From Pseudomonadota bacterium (GTDB lineage Bacteria > Myxococcota_A > Polyangia > Polyangiales > Polyangiaceae): 64,000 nt of DNA. This document shows, piece after piece, positions 26,601-36,000 of this stretch. The stretch covers positions 38,946 through 102,945 of the forward strand of contig JAEYWK010000186.1 of NCBI GenBank assembly GCA_023431345.1, in the 5' to 3' direction. The first letter of the stretch is position 1; each line of letters opens with the position of its first letter. The notes beneath the pieces are model-generated. The model did not search any database and was not told the DNA's origin. It saw only the letters and a program-made list of their open reading frames with translations. Position numbers and translations under genes: made by a program.

Positions 26601-28250
26601 CGTGCCTTCGGTGGTGTCGCCGCTGGTGAGCCCGATCGTCACGTCGGCGGTCGGCTTCGAGTTGAGCACCACGGTGAAGGTCGCTGCCTCGCCCCATTCG
26701 CGCGTCGTCAGCAGCGTCGGGGCCACGACCGTGATACCGGCGCTGTCGTCGTCGGTGTTCGACACGGGCACGTCGACGGGCAAGAGCACGCCGTAAGCCG
26801 CATCCGCGCTGGCGGTGCTGGGCGTTACGGTCACGTGATAGACTTGCATGCCGTCTGCGACATCATCATCGTCGACGCCGGTGACGGTCACCGTCTGCGG
26901 AGCGGCCCACGACACCTCGGTGAACACCAGCTGCGTGGGGCTGACGGTCCCCTCCAGCACGTTCGAGCTGGCGACGTCGAGCAGCACGTCACCGCTCGGC
27001 TTCGAGTTCAGCACGACCGTGAACGTGGCTGCGTCACCCATCTCGTGGGTCACGAGCCCGGTGGCGGGCGCCACCGTGATGCCTGGCGAGTCGTCGTCGA
27101 TGTTGATCACGGCGGCGTCGGGGCCGTCGTGCCCGGCGTAGCCCAAATCGTCGCTCTCGGCGGGATTCGTGCGTATCCAATACGGCTGATTGCCGTCGGC
27201 ACGGTCGTCGTCGACGCCCGTCACCGTGATCAGCTGCGGCGCCATCCAGTTCAGCGGCGTGAAGACGACGCTGTCGGGCCAGGCCGTCCCCTCGCTAGGG
27301 TCGTCGCTCACGAGGGTGATGCGCACGTCGCTCGTGGGAGGAGAGTTGAGCGAGATACCGAACGTGGTCATCTCCCCGTTCTCGCGCGTCATCAACCCAG
27401 TAGCGGGAGTCAGAGTGACGCCGGCAGTGTCGTTGTCTTGGTTCTGAACGATCGCGTCGTCGGCGTCGAAGCCGTTGTAACGCGAGTCCGCGCTCATGGC
27501 CGGCCCCGTGACGACGTGATAGGTCTGCAGCCCGTCCGCGATGTCGTCGTCGACGCCGGTGATCGTCACCATCTGCGGCGCCATCCAGTTCGTGGGCGTG
27601 AAGGTGAGCTGGGCGGGGCTCACGGTGCCCTCCGCCGGATTGTCGCTCGAGAGCGGGATGATGACGTCGGCGGTCGGGGCGTGGTTCAGCACGATCCCGA
27701 GCAGCGCTTCACCGCCAGATTCCGTCGTGAGTAGGCCGGAGGGCGGCAGCAGCGTGATGCCGGCGGTCTCGTCGTCGATGTTCTTGACCTGCACGTCCAG
27801 CGGGTCGAGGCCGAAATACTCGGGATCGTCGCTGGTCGCGGGCGAGGTCTTGATCGTGTAGTTCTGCGTCCCGTCCTCGGCCAGGTCATCGACGCCGGTC
27901 ACCTGCACCAGCTGCGGGGCGTTGAAGTTGTCGGGCGTGAACGTGACGCTGATGGGGCTGACCACGCCCTCGGCCTCGTTGCTGCTCGAAAGCGCGATCA
28001 CCACGATGCTGGTCGGCTGGACCTTGAGCGAGACGGTGAAGGTCGCTTTGCCTCCGCGCTCCGTCGTTATCAGGCCCGCGGTCGGCAGGATCACGATGTT
28101 GCCTTGCTCGTCGGCGCTGGGCCCACCGCCGCTGCCGCCGGGCTTCGTGACGTTGGGATCGTATTTGAAATCCCCGAGCAGGCTGTTACAGCCCGCGAGC
28201 GCGAGGGCCGCGCCCGCTAGCCAGGCTTTGAGCGAATTGAGCGACGCCAT
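23679..28250 (-). CDS. Giant (about 1520 aa) surface lipoprotein made of about 14 tandem Calx-beta-like repeats
   Basis: Lipobox MASLNSLKAWLAGAALALAGCNS. About 105-aa unit repeated throughout: AGITVxPxxGLxTTExGxxATFxVVLNSxPTADVTIxLSSxDxxEGTVSPxxLxFTPxNWxAPQTVTVTGVDDDxxDGxQxYxIxT. Antisense ORFs are spaced about 330-350 nt apart, mirroring the repeat period. Confidence 0.75.
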   Translation of the reverse strand: MASLNSLKAWLAGAALALAGCNSLLGDFKYDPNVTKPGGSGGGPSADEQGNIVILPTAGLITTERGGKATFTVSLKVQPTSIVVIALSSSNEAEGVVSPISVTFTPDNFNAPQLVQVTGVDDLAEDGTQNYTIKTSPATSDDPEYFGLDPLDVQVKNIDDETAGITLLPPSGLLTTESGGEALLGIVLNHAPTADVIIPLSSDNPAEGTVSPAQLTFTPTNWMAPQMVTITGVDDDIADGLQTYHVVTGPAMSADSRYNGFDADDAIVQNQDNDTAGVTLTPATGLMTRENGEMTTFGISLNSPPTSDVRITLVSDDPSEGTAWPDSVVFTPLNWMAPQLITVTGVDDDRADGNQPYWIRTNPAESDDLGYAGHDGPDAAVINIDDDSPGITVAPATGLVTHEMGDAATFTVVLNSKPSGDVLLDVASSNVLEGTVSPTQLVFTEVSWAAPQTVTVTGVDDDDVADGMQVYHVTVTPSTASADAAYGVLLPVDVPVSNTDDDSAGITVVAPTLLTTREWGEAATFTVVLNSKPTADVTIGLTSGDTTEGTVSPPQLVFTPANWSAPQTVTVKGVNDDMQDGDQRYKVFTDDAVSTDPSYSGMVAANVDVSNIDDDTAGFSVWPVNNLLTSENGLTATFQVRLNTEPTADVTIPVSSTNQAEGTVNTAALKFTRLNWGAPQTVTIKGVDDDATADGSQVYRITLGQAISDDANYKLKDPPDVTVTNLDNDQPGILLRNQNNLQTREDGTPATFQIVLQSRPAKNVLIGLSSNKPAEGTVTPALLTFTRDNWAAPQTVTVKGVDDKVADGDQPYRIITAPAQSEDPKYQGIDVADVNVTNLDNDSPGVIVNLPVGGVVTKEPSGTATFTIQLQSQPTMDVTIPLRSSKPTEATVSPSSLLFTAANWNSPRTVTVTGVDDKVADGPQPYLVLIEPASSQDPKYNLRDAADVPATNLDDDSPRITVSPASNDTTEKGMSATFTIVLGSEPKAPVAIPVKSLNTKEGSVSPDSVTFTPLNWNAPQKITITPVDERVQDGDQVYTIDVGVAVSMDAGYAGLDPDDVTLTNIDDDSAGILVSMPAGDTKEDGKSTTFTIVLTSQPTASVAIPISSSDPGEGTPNVASVTFTTTDYNSAKTVTVTGVNDDEVDGDQPYMILLGEASSTDANYSKRDAADVALKNVDDDSAGFTVTPRRGTTGEKASAASFSFTVALTSKPKSDVTVPVSSNDTSEGTVSPTSLVFTPTNWNAAQTITVKGVDDTVQDGDQDYTIVLGEPTTTDADYAQTDPPDVAMSNVDDDMAGIDISPASGPTTETGETATFTIVLRSKPTADVTIPLSSNDETEGTITVDSVTFTPANWNVEQTIEVHGENDKEQDGDQAYKIVTGVVMSQDLNYQGKNPEDVDLLNIDDDMAGIQVSMISGPTTEAGGVATFTVVLTSMPKGLVSIPVSSDDPSEGTAVPENLEFTTSNWSTPQQVVVTGEDDAIDDGDQPYSIKLGKPVTADANYGKIDPPDLMLSNLDDDEPVEE

Positions 28251-29281
28251 CAGAAAGACCCTTTCACGCCCGCGCTGCCGATACCCACGAACGGAGACCA
28301 CTCGACGGAGGCGCGCGCAGGTGCGGGCTTGCCGCCCGACGCCGCGCCGCTACCGCCGAAGACGCGCGGATCGACCAGCAGCAGCAGCGTGCCGGTCGCT
28401 ACCCCCACGCCGCCGACGATGAAGCCGACCGTGGAGAGCCTGCCATACAGGTAGTAGCTGTCCACGTCGCCTCGGTTCGGGCACGCCCTGTCGACGCACG
28501 ACTCGTTCAGCGTGTCGCGCTTGCCGATCGCGAGCGCGCCCGTGACGCCGCCGAGCGCGAGGCCCACGCCGCCGATCGCGAACGCGCTGATGATTGCCGG
28601 CTTGCGCCAGGGCGGGTCGGGCACCTCCGTCGTGATGACGGCGGTCGCGTCTTCCTCGGGCTTGGGCTTGGCGTCGGGCGGCGCGTCTTCCAGCTCGAAC
28701 GCGATGCTGAGCGACTCACCTTCGCGTAGCTCCACCGTCTTCTTCGCGGTGTAAAAGCCTGGTGCCGACGCCCGCACCTCGTGCTTGCCCGGATCGGCGG
28801 GGCGCTTCACGCCGAGTGAGGCCGCCGGGACGGGGACACCGTCGAGCGTGACGACGGGATCGCTCGGGCCCGCGACGGTGATCGTGATCCAAGGCAAGCG
28901 CGGAGGGATGGCCTCGATCTCGACCTTGGCGTCGGCCAGGGCCTTGACCCAGGACGCCGGCGCGCCGTCCGCTACACCCTCGCGGATGATGGTGGAGTAG
29001 TTCTCGTGCGCGTCGACCAGCTTGCCCAGGCCGACCTGAGCGCGCGCGAGATCACGCAGCAGCGTCGGAGCGTGCACGAGCTGCGCCGCGCGCGAGAAGC
29101 GGTCGGCCGCGGTCGCGTAGTCTTTCGCGTTCAACGCGACGTAACCCTCCTGCGCGAGCGTGCGCGCCGTCGCACGATCGGCCGAGCTTGGCTCATCGGC
29201 CAACGCGGCGGCGGGCGCGATCAAGGCTGCGCCGGCGCTGAGAACGAACGTCAAGCTAGCGAGGGAGAGTCGATGCCCCAC
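28250..29281 (-). CDS. Secreted protein with N-terminal TPR-like helical region, PEGA-like beta domain and C-terminal TM anchor
   Basis: Signal peptide MGHRLSLASLTFVLSAGAALIAPAAALA. TPR-like (YATAADRFSRAAQLVHAPTLLRDLARAQVGLGKLVDAHENY). PEGA-like (PGKHEVRASAPGFYTAKKTVELREGESLSIAFEL). TM (AIISAFAIGGVGLALGGVTGALAIG). Stop abuts the start of the repeat lipoprotein. Confidence 0.6.
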   Translation of the reverse strand: MGHRLSLASLTFVLSAGAALIAPAAALADEPSSADRATARTLAQEGYVALNAKDYATAADRFSRAAQLVHAPTLLRDLARAQVGLGKLVDAHENYSTIIREGVADGAPASWVKALADAKVEIEAIPPRLPWITITVAGPSDPVVTLDGVPVPAASLGVKRPADPGKHEVRASAPGFYTAKKTVELREGESLSIAFELEDAPPDAKPKPEEDATAVITTEVPDPPWRKPAIISAFAIGGVGLALGGVTGALAIGKRDTLNESCVDRACPNRGDVDSYYLYGRLSTVGFIVGGVGVATGTLLLLVDPRVFGGSGAASGGKPAPARASVEWSPFVGIGSAGVKGSF

Positions 29282-29397
29282 CTCAGCGGCTTAATTCCAC
29301 GCCGATGCGAGTGCAACTTGCTTTATCAACTAAACGGCCGAGCCGTCGTCCCGCGCATGCGTGTCCGATCGCACCGCTACCATTCGTAGTCATTGTT

Positions 29398-29416
29398 GTG
29401 AGATCTTAACGCTCAC
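29398..29416. promoter_or_regulatory. Inverted repeat GTGAGatcttaacgCTCAC in the comparatively AT-rich divergent intergenic region
   Basis: Read directly. Lies in the 305-bp spacer between the divergent PEGA/Calx operon and the flotillin operon. The spacer is locally AT-richer (ttaattccac, ctttatcaactaaacgg, tcattgttgtgagatcttaacg) than the window. Confidence 0.25.
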
Positions 29417-29586
29417 CCGTGCATGCTAGGCAGCGCGGGTCAGCCGAGCGTCGACTGCCGGCTCGGCCCCCCAGAGCCGTACCGAGAGTCGGGCAGCCAG
29501 AGCGGAACCCGCTCACCTGCCCCGCGGGTTTGGGGGCTTTTTCGAGGCCCTTCGCGGCGTGTTCGCGGCTGGTTTATGCTGGGTAG

Positions 29587-30069
29587 TTGGAGATGAACGA
29601 AAGGTCGCTGCTGGCGCTCGGGGTGCTGCTTGGCGTTGGGTCCGGCAAGCCGCCGAAAGAATGGCTCGAGAGCGCGCACGGCTACCTTCGCGAGAAGCAG
29701 GCGGAGGACCCGATGAACAGCATCGTGATGACGGTGCTCGCGGGGGCCGCCGCCTTCTACGCCGCGGAGCGTTATGAGAACCCCCAGGTCAAGTCGTTCT
29801 TCGACGCGCTGCTTTACGTCTCCACCAACATGTCCGTGGGGTACTCCGACATTTTCGCGCAAACAGACGCGGGCAAGGCCATTGGCTCAGCGCTCATGAC
29901 CTACGGCCCCGCTATGGCTACGCGGGCGTTCGATCCTCCGCACGAGGCCCGGCTCCGCGCCGAAGAGGGTCAGCGCTCGGAGGCTCGGCTGGGCGAGATC
30001 GCGGACAAGCTGGAGGCCATCTTGCTCGAGCTCCGCAGCCACCGAGGCGAAACGTCCGAGCATGGCTGA
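29587..30069 (+). CDS. Small two-TM K+-channel-like pore protein (Ion_trans_2-like) with GYS in place of GYG
   Basis: TM1 IVMTVLAGAAAFYAAE. Pore-helix/filter FFDALLYVSTNMSVGYSDIF (compare TxxTxGYGD). TM2 KAIGSALMTYGPAMATRA. Cytoplasmic helical tail. Stop overlaps the start of the next gene by 8 nt. Confidence 0.55.
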   Translation: MEMNERSLLALGVLLGVGSGKPPKEWLESAHGYLREKQAEDPMNSIVMTVLAGAAAFYAAERYENPQVKSFFDALLYVSTNMSVGYSDIFAQTDAGKAIGSALMTYGPAMATRAFDPPHEARLRAEEGQRSEARLGEIADKLEAILLELRSHRGETSEHG

Positions 30070-30817
30070 AGTCGTCGTCTTGGCGCTGTCGTTTCCGAGC
30101 GTCGTGTTCACGGTGCTGCTCGGCGTCGTGCTCATCTATTGGGCCTTCGTGATGGTGGGGGTGGTCCACATCGGGGAAGGCTCCGAGGGCGCGCTCGACG
30201 GGCACCTCGATGGCGCGACCAAGGGCCTGCTCGAGGGCGCGGCGGACCACGTCGGTCATGCTCACGGGGATCTCGCGCCTTCGGGCGGCGGAGGGGACTT
30301 GGAGCTCGATGACGACGGCGGCGGCGCCCTGGCCGCGATCATGAGCGCGCTCCACCTGCGCTCGGTGCCGGCTACGGTCGTGCTCAGCTTGATCATCACC
30401 TTCTCGTGGTTGGTCAGCGTGGTCGGCATGCAGGTGCTCACGCGGCTTGCGCCCGCCTTGCTCGGCTCGTTCACGTCGCTCGGAGTGCTGCTGCTCGCCT
30501 TGCTGCTGTCGCTGCCGTTGACGTCGATCACGGCGCGCCCTTTGCGCAAGGTGTTCGCGACCAAGCACGCGCCCGCGAAATCGGACTTCATCGGTCGCAC
30601 GTGCACCGTCCGCACCGGCACCGTGACGGCCAAGTTCGGCGAAGCGACCTTGCACGACGGCGGGGCGGGGCTGGTCGTGCGCGTGCGCGTCGAGGACGGC
30701 AAACAGCTCGCGCGAGGCGAGCAGGCGCTCATCGTCGACTACGACGCCGAGCGCGAGAGCTACTTGGTCGAGCCGATGCGCGACGTGCTCGGCGCCAAGC
30801 TCCCTCGCTCGTCGTAG
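30062..30817 (+). CDS. YqiJ/NfeD-like membrane protein (N-terminal TM region plus C-terminal OB-fold)
   Basis: N-terminal TMs (VVVLALSFPSVVFTVLLGVVLIYWAFVMVGVV; second cluster ATVVLSLIITFSWLVSVVGMQVL; SLGVLLLALLLSLPL). C-terminal OB-like FIGRTCTVRTGTVTAKFGEATLHDGGAGLVVRVRVEDGKQLARGEQALIVDYDAERESYLV. Immediately precedes flotillin, like E. coli yqiJK. Confidence 0.65.
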   Translation: MAEVVVLALSFPSVVFTVLLGVVLIYWAFVMVGVVHIGEGSEGALDGHLDGATKGLLEGAADHVGHAHGDLAPSGGGGDLELDDDGGGALAAIMSALHLRSVPATVVLSLIITFSWLVSVVGMQVLTRLAPALLGSFTSLGVLLLALLLSLPLTSITARPLRKVFATKHAPAKSDFIGRTCTVRTGTVTAKFGEATLHDGGAGLVVRVRVEDGKQLARGEQALIVDYDAERESYLVEPMRDVLGAKLPRSS

Positions 30818-30994
30818 CGCGCGTCCGTCGCCCGGGCGTGGTGCGGAAGGCGCTGGCCCTGCTCAGGCGACTAGCGTGAAGACGAGCGTCGCAGCCGCAG
30901 GAGAGCGACGAGCTTCAATAAGCGTCCCCGCTCACCCGTTCAGCCTCTCTACGCCCGCAGACAGCGCTCGCGGCTTCGGGCATTCTTTGCGGCG

Positions 30995-32986
30995 ATGAAC
31001 CTTGGGGATAGCGACATGCTCGGGCTGTATCCGGTGATCGTGGTCGTGGCGATCATCGCCTTCTTGCTGTTCGGCTTGCTGGCGCTGGTGGCGCGCTTCT
31101 ATCGCCAGGTCGATCAGGGGCGGGCGCTCGTCATCAACACCATGCGCTCGGACCCGATCGTGGCGTTCACGGGCGCCGTCGTCTACCCCATCATCAACCG
31201 CGCCGAGACGATGGACCTCTCCGTGAAGACGATCGACATCGATCGTCGCGGCAAGGAGGGCCTGATCTGCAACGACAACATCCGCGCCGACATCAACGTC
31301 ACCTTCTTCGTGCGGGTGAACAAGACCGTCGACGACGTGCTCAAGGTCGCCCAGTCGATCGGCTGCGCGCGCGCCAGCGACCCCGCCGCGCTCGAGGAGC
31401 TGTTCACGGCCAAGTTCGCGGAGGCGCTCAAGACCGTCGGCAAGCACTTCAACTTCGAGGAGCTGTACACCAAGCGCGACGACTTCAAGGACAAGATCAT
31501 CGAGGTCATCGGCAAAGACCTGAACGGCTTCATCCTCGACGACGCCGCCATCGACTACCTCGAGCAGACCCCGCTCGAGCACCTCGACAAAGACAACATC
31601 ATGGATGCCGACGGCATCCGCAAGATCACCGACTTGACGGTGATTCAGAACGTGAAGACCAACGAGCTCCGCCAGAAGGAGCGCATGGAAATGGGCAGTC
31701 AGAACCTGAACGCCGACGAAGCGCTGTTCCGGTTCGAGCAGCGCCGGGCCGAGGCGGAGGCCAAGAAAGAGAAGGAAATCGCGGTCGCCAAGGCCCGCGA
31801 AGAGAACGAGGCCATGCGCGTCGCCAGCGACGAGCGCAAGAAGACGCAGCTCATCGTCACCAAGAACGAAGAAGAGGCGCAGGTGGCGGACCAAGCCAAG
31901 GAGCGCGGCGTCGCTATCGCCACCAAGCACAAGGAGCGCGAGATCGCGGTCGAGAACGAGCGCGTCGAGAAGGCCCGCCAGCTCGAGGTGATCGGGCGTG
32001 AGCGCGAGGTGGCGCTGGGCGGCATCGCGCGTGACAAAGAAGTCGAGGTTCAGAAGAAGGAGATCGCGACGGTGATCCGCGATCGGATCGCGGTCGAGAA
32101 GACCGTCGCGGGCGAGGAGGAACAGATCAAGGACGTGCGACGCCTGGCCGAGGCCAACCGCGAGAAGGAGGTCGTGCGCATCGCGGCCGAAGCGGCGGCG
32201 GCGGAGGTAACGACCAAGCAGGTGAAGGCCGCCCAGGCCTCGGAGGAGGTCGCCAAGATCAAGGCCCGCGAGCGGATCGTGACCGCCGAGGCGGAGCTCG
32301 ACACGGCCGACAAGCTGGCGCGCGCCAAGATTCGCATCGCGGAAGGCGTGCAAGCGGAGGCCGCCGCCGAAGGCCTGGCCCAGGCGCGGGTGAAGGAAGC
32401 CGACGCGGCCGCGAGCGAGAAGCTCGGCTTGACCGAAGCCAAGGTCTCGCTGGAGAAGTTGAGCGCGGAGGCGGCGGGCGAGGAGAAGCAAGGCCTGGCC
32501 AAGGTGCGGGTGCGCGAAGCCGAAGCGGCCGCGGTCGAGAAGCAGGGCGTGGCCGAGGCCGCCGCCATTCGCGAGAAGCTGAGCGCGGAGGCGCAGGGTC
32601 TGGCCCAGAAGGCGGCGTCGATGAAGGCGCTCGACGAGTCGGGCCGCGGCCACGAAGAGTTCCGGCTGCAGGTCGAGAATCAACGCGCGATCGCGATCGA
32701 GTCGCTCAAGGTCAAGAAAGACATCGTGGCCGCGCAGGCGCAGATCCTGGCCGAGGCCATGTCCAAAGCGAAGATCAACATCGTCGGCGGCGACGGCCAA
32801 TTCTTCCAGCGCTTCGTCAGCGCCATCTCGCTCGGCCAATCCGTGGAGGGCGCGCTCGAGCAGAGCGACACGCTGCGTAGCCTCGTCGAAGGGCTCTCCA
32901 GCGGCGAAGGCGGCCCCGCGCTCGCGGCCGCGCTCGAGAAGATGTCCGGCAAAGGCGACGGCAAGGGTCCCAACAAGCGCGCCTAA
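30995..32986 (+). CDS. Flotillin (SPFH/band-7, YqiK/FloT-like) with about 300-aa E/A/K-rich coiled coil
   Basis: N-terminal TM (LYPVIVVVAIIAFLLFGLLALVARF). SPFH core (YRQVDQGRALVINTMRSDPIVAFTGAVVYPIINRAETMDLSVKTIDIDRRGKEGLICNDNIRADINVTFFVRV). Long EAxxK heptad region (KEKEIAVAKAREENEAMR...AEAAAAEVTTKQVKAAQ...). Confidence 0.85.
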   Translation: MNLGDSDMLGLYPVIVVVAIIAFLLFGLLALVARFYRQVDQGRALVINTMRSDPIVAFTGAVVYPIINRAETMDLSVKTIDIDRRGKEGLICNDNIRADINVTFFVRVNKTVDDVLKVAQSIGCARASDPAALEELFTAKFAEALKTVGKHFNFEELYTKRDDFKDKIIEVIGKDLNGFILDDAAIDYLEQTPLEHLDKDNIMDADGIRKITDLTVIQNVKTNELRQKERMEMGSQNLNADEALFRFEQRRAEAEAKKEKEIAVAKAREENEAMRVASDERKKTQLIVTKNEEEAQVADQAKERGVAIATKHKEREIAVENERVEKARQLEVIGREREVALGGIARDKEVEVQKKEIATVIRDRIAVEKTVAGEEEQIKDVRRLAEANREKEVVRIAAEAAAAEVTTKQVKAAQASEEVAKIKARERIVTAEAELDTADKLARAKIRIAEGVQAEAAAEGLAQARVKEADAAASEKLGLTEAKVSLEKLSAEAAGEEKQGLAKVRVREAEAAAVEKQGVAEAAAIREKLSAEAQGLAQKAASMKALDESGRGHEEFRLQVENQRAIAIESLKVKKDIVAAQAQILAEAMSKAKINIVGGDGQFFQRFVSAISLGQSVEGALEQSDTLRSLVEGLSSGEGGPALAAALEKMSGKGDGKGPNKRA

Positions 32987-33010
32987 CGGCCTTCGCCGAG
33001 AGTCGTTTCG

Positions 33011-36000
33011 ATGACTGAGCAGAACGAGCGGAGCCTCGAGGGCGGCTCCTACGAGGTCATTCGGCGGCGCCTGCTCGAGAGGGCGACCGAGCTTTCGGCG
33101 ACCGCGGAGGCGCTGAACCAGAAGCGCAAGGCGCTGTTCGGCGGGGGTGAGCTCACGCTCGTCGCGACGGAGCGCGTTCGCACCGAGCACAACTGTACTC
33201 CGCGCGACGTGGTCAGCGTCGCGGGGCAGCTCTTGTTCGGGTTCGAGGTGTTCATCGGCTTGAAGAGCGAGACGCGCGTCCCCGACGTGCTCAGCTTGTT
33301 CAAGTTCGAGAAGAACGGCGAAGGCTACGACCTGGCGCAGCAGTCGTTCGAGGGCCCCGGCGCCTACCTGGCCGACCCCGAGTTCGACAAGCAGTTCCGA
33401 GACTCCTTTCGCTACTACAAGGAAGCGCGCCTGCTGCAGCTGCTGCGCACGGAGCAGCGGCTGCTCGTGGCGCTGCAGATCGGCGCCCGCCCCAGCGACT
33501 CCAAGATCTTCCGCTTCGCCATCGACGGCAAGGGGCGCGTCACTTTCATGGATGCGCGTGGCGAGGACGACTACAAGCCGCCGCGCCGGCACCCGTTCGA
33601 GTGGACGCCGACGCGCCGCGAGGACCAGGTCGCGGGCAAGCATCCGCACATCAGCGTGCTCAACGAGGTCTTCGTCGAGACCATCAACGGCGATCTCACG
33701 ATCAAGATCGAGAACAACACCGAGGACGGCCTCGGTGTCTACCGCGAGCCCGTCGACGATCCGAACCAGACCCTCGATGACGCCGAGATCGGCTACGCCC
33801 GCGTCGCGGGCCTGATCTTGCTCAAGATTCGGCCCTTCCGCGAGCAGAAGACGCGCTACCTCGTCTACAACCCGCGCACCGAAGAAGTGCTGCGCGTCGA
33901 CGCGCTGGGCGTCGCCTGCGTCGAGCTACCGGAAGACCACGGCTTGATCTTCCCCGGCGGCTACTACCTGACGACGGGCGAGCACAAGCTGTTCGACGGC
34001 GACAGCGAGGGTCTCGAGTTTCGTCGCAGCATCAGCTCCCCGAACGGGGAGGACGTGCTCTACGTTTTTTACCGCGTCGAGCAGGGCGAGTACGAGCTCT
34101 TGCCGTACAACCTGATCGGCAAAGAGGTCAAAAACCCCATCCGCTGCCACGGCTACAGCCTCTTCCCCGACGGCACGATGGTGGTGTTTCGCGCCGAGAG
34201 CGAGCCGACGCGCGTGCACCCCGTGCAGATCTGGTTGACGCCCTTCACGACCGCCGAGTTCGCGGCCTCCGCGCCGACCGACGGCTCGTACTTGGCCAAG
34301 GTCGGTAACGCGGCGCTCGTCAGCGGCATCAGCGAGCTGCTCAGCATTCGCAAGCTGGCGCAGACCGAGAAGCCGACGCGCCGCACCTTCGAGGACTTGG
34401 TGCGCGCGGTGCGCAAGGCGATCGATACGCACTACTGGCTCGGTCACGCGGAGCTGGGCGGCCTGCTCGAAACCGTGCGCGAGCTGTTCAAGAGCTCGGA
34501 GCTGATCGTCGATGAGTTCGAGAAGCAGCTCGCGCTCGAGCGCACGGCGCGCCAAGCCATCGACGAGGCCGAGACGGCTCAGGCTGCCCTGCTAGCGCAG
34601 GTTCGGCCGAGCGAGCTCAAGTCGGTCGAGGCGTACTTGAGCGGGCTCTCCGAGCTGAAGCGCCAGCGCGGCAGGCTGATCACGCTCAAGGAGCTGCGCG
34701 CCATCGACGTCGCGCGCGTCGAGGCGCTCGAGAGCGGCGTGGCCGAGCGCTTCGGGGAGGTGAGCCGCGCTTGCGTCGACTTCTTCCTGGCCGAGAACGC
34801 CTTCCAGCCCCTGCTGGATCGGCTCGACGCCGTCGTGAGCCAGGTCGGGCAAGCCCACAAGACGACGGAGCTCGGGCCGCTGCGCCAGGAGCTCGACGCG
34901 GCGCACGAGGGGCTCACGCTGCTGAGCGAGACCATCGCCGGCTTGCCCATCGACGACCCCACCGTACGTACCCAAATCTTGGACGGTACGAGCTCGGCGT
35001 TCGCCCAGCAAAATCGGGCGCGGGCCGTGCTCGACGGCCGTCAGCGGGAGCTGGCCGCCAGCGAGGGCCGCGCCGAGTTCGGCGTGCAGTTCAAGCTCTT
35101 GAGCCAGAGCGTCACGAGCGCGCTCGCGCTGGCGGTGACGCCGGAAGCGTGCGACGAGCAGCTGGGGCGCTTGATGCTGCAGCTCGAGGAGCTCGAGGGC
35201 CGCTTTGGCGAGCTCGACGAGTTCTCGCTGCAGCTGGCGGAGAAGCGCGAGGAAGTGCTGGACGCGGTCGCGGCCAAGCGCCAGCTGCTGGTCGAGGAGC
35301 GTCAGCGCCGCGCCCAGTCGCTCGCGACCGCAGCGGAGCGAGTTCTGGGCGGCATCGTGCGCCGGGCCCAGAGCGTCACGAGCGCGGACGAGCTCAACTC
35401 CTACTTCGCGTCCGACGCGATGGTGCACAAGCTGGGTGAGCTGTCGGCCGACCTGCGCAAGCTGGGCGACTCGGTGCGCGCCGACGAGCTGGACTCCAAG
35501 CTGAAGAGCGCCAAGCAGAACGCGCTCCGGGCGCTGCGCGACAAGACCGACCTGCTCGAAGACGGCGGCGCCATCATTCGCCTCGGGCCGCACCGCTTCA
35601 CCGTCAACACGCGCCCGCTCGAGCTCGCGATCGTCCCTCGCGACGGCGTGCTCAACGTGCACCTGACCGGAACCGATTTCTACGAGCCGCTCTCGAACCC
35701 GCTCTTGGACGCGGCGCGCGAGCTGTGGGACCAAGAGCTCGTCGCGGAGACGCGCGAGGTGTACCGCGCGGAGTACTTGGCGGTGAGCTTGCTCTTGGAG
35801 GCGGAGGCCGGCGCCCCCGGGCGGAGCGTGCCGGAGCTGGAGCAGGCGGCGCGCGAAGGCAAGCTGCTCGAGGTCGTGCGGCAGGCCGCCGCCGAGCGCA
35901 TCGACGAAGGCCACGAGCGCGGCGTGCACGACGCCGACGCCGCGGGCATCCTGGCCAAGCTCCTCGGCCTGCTGAAGCTCGCCGGAGGTCTGCGCCATTC

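Noticed and set aside
25155-27734. 859-aa + strand ORF and the regularly spaced about 70-100-aa + strand ORFs from 23857 to 28422
   Set aside because: All lie antisense to the Calx-beta repeat gene. Their about 330-nt periodicity simply mirrors the repeat unit. Compositions are Arg/Gly/Val-rich or Ser/Thr/Val-rich without motifs.
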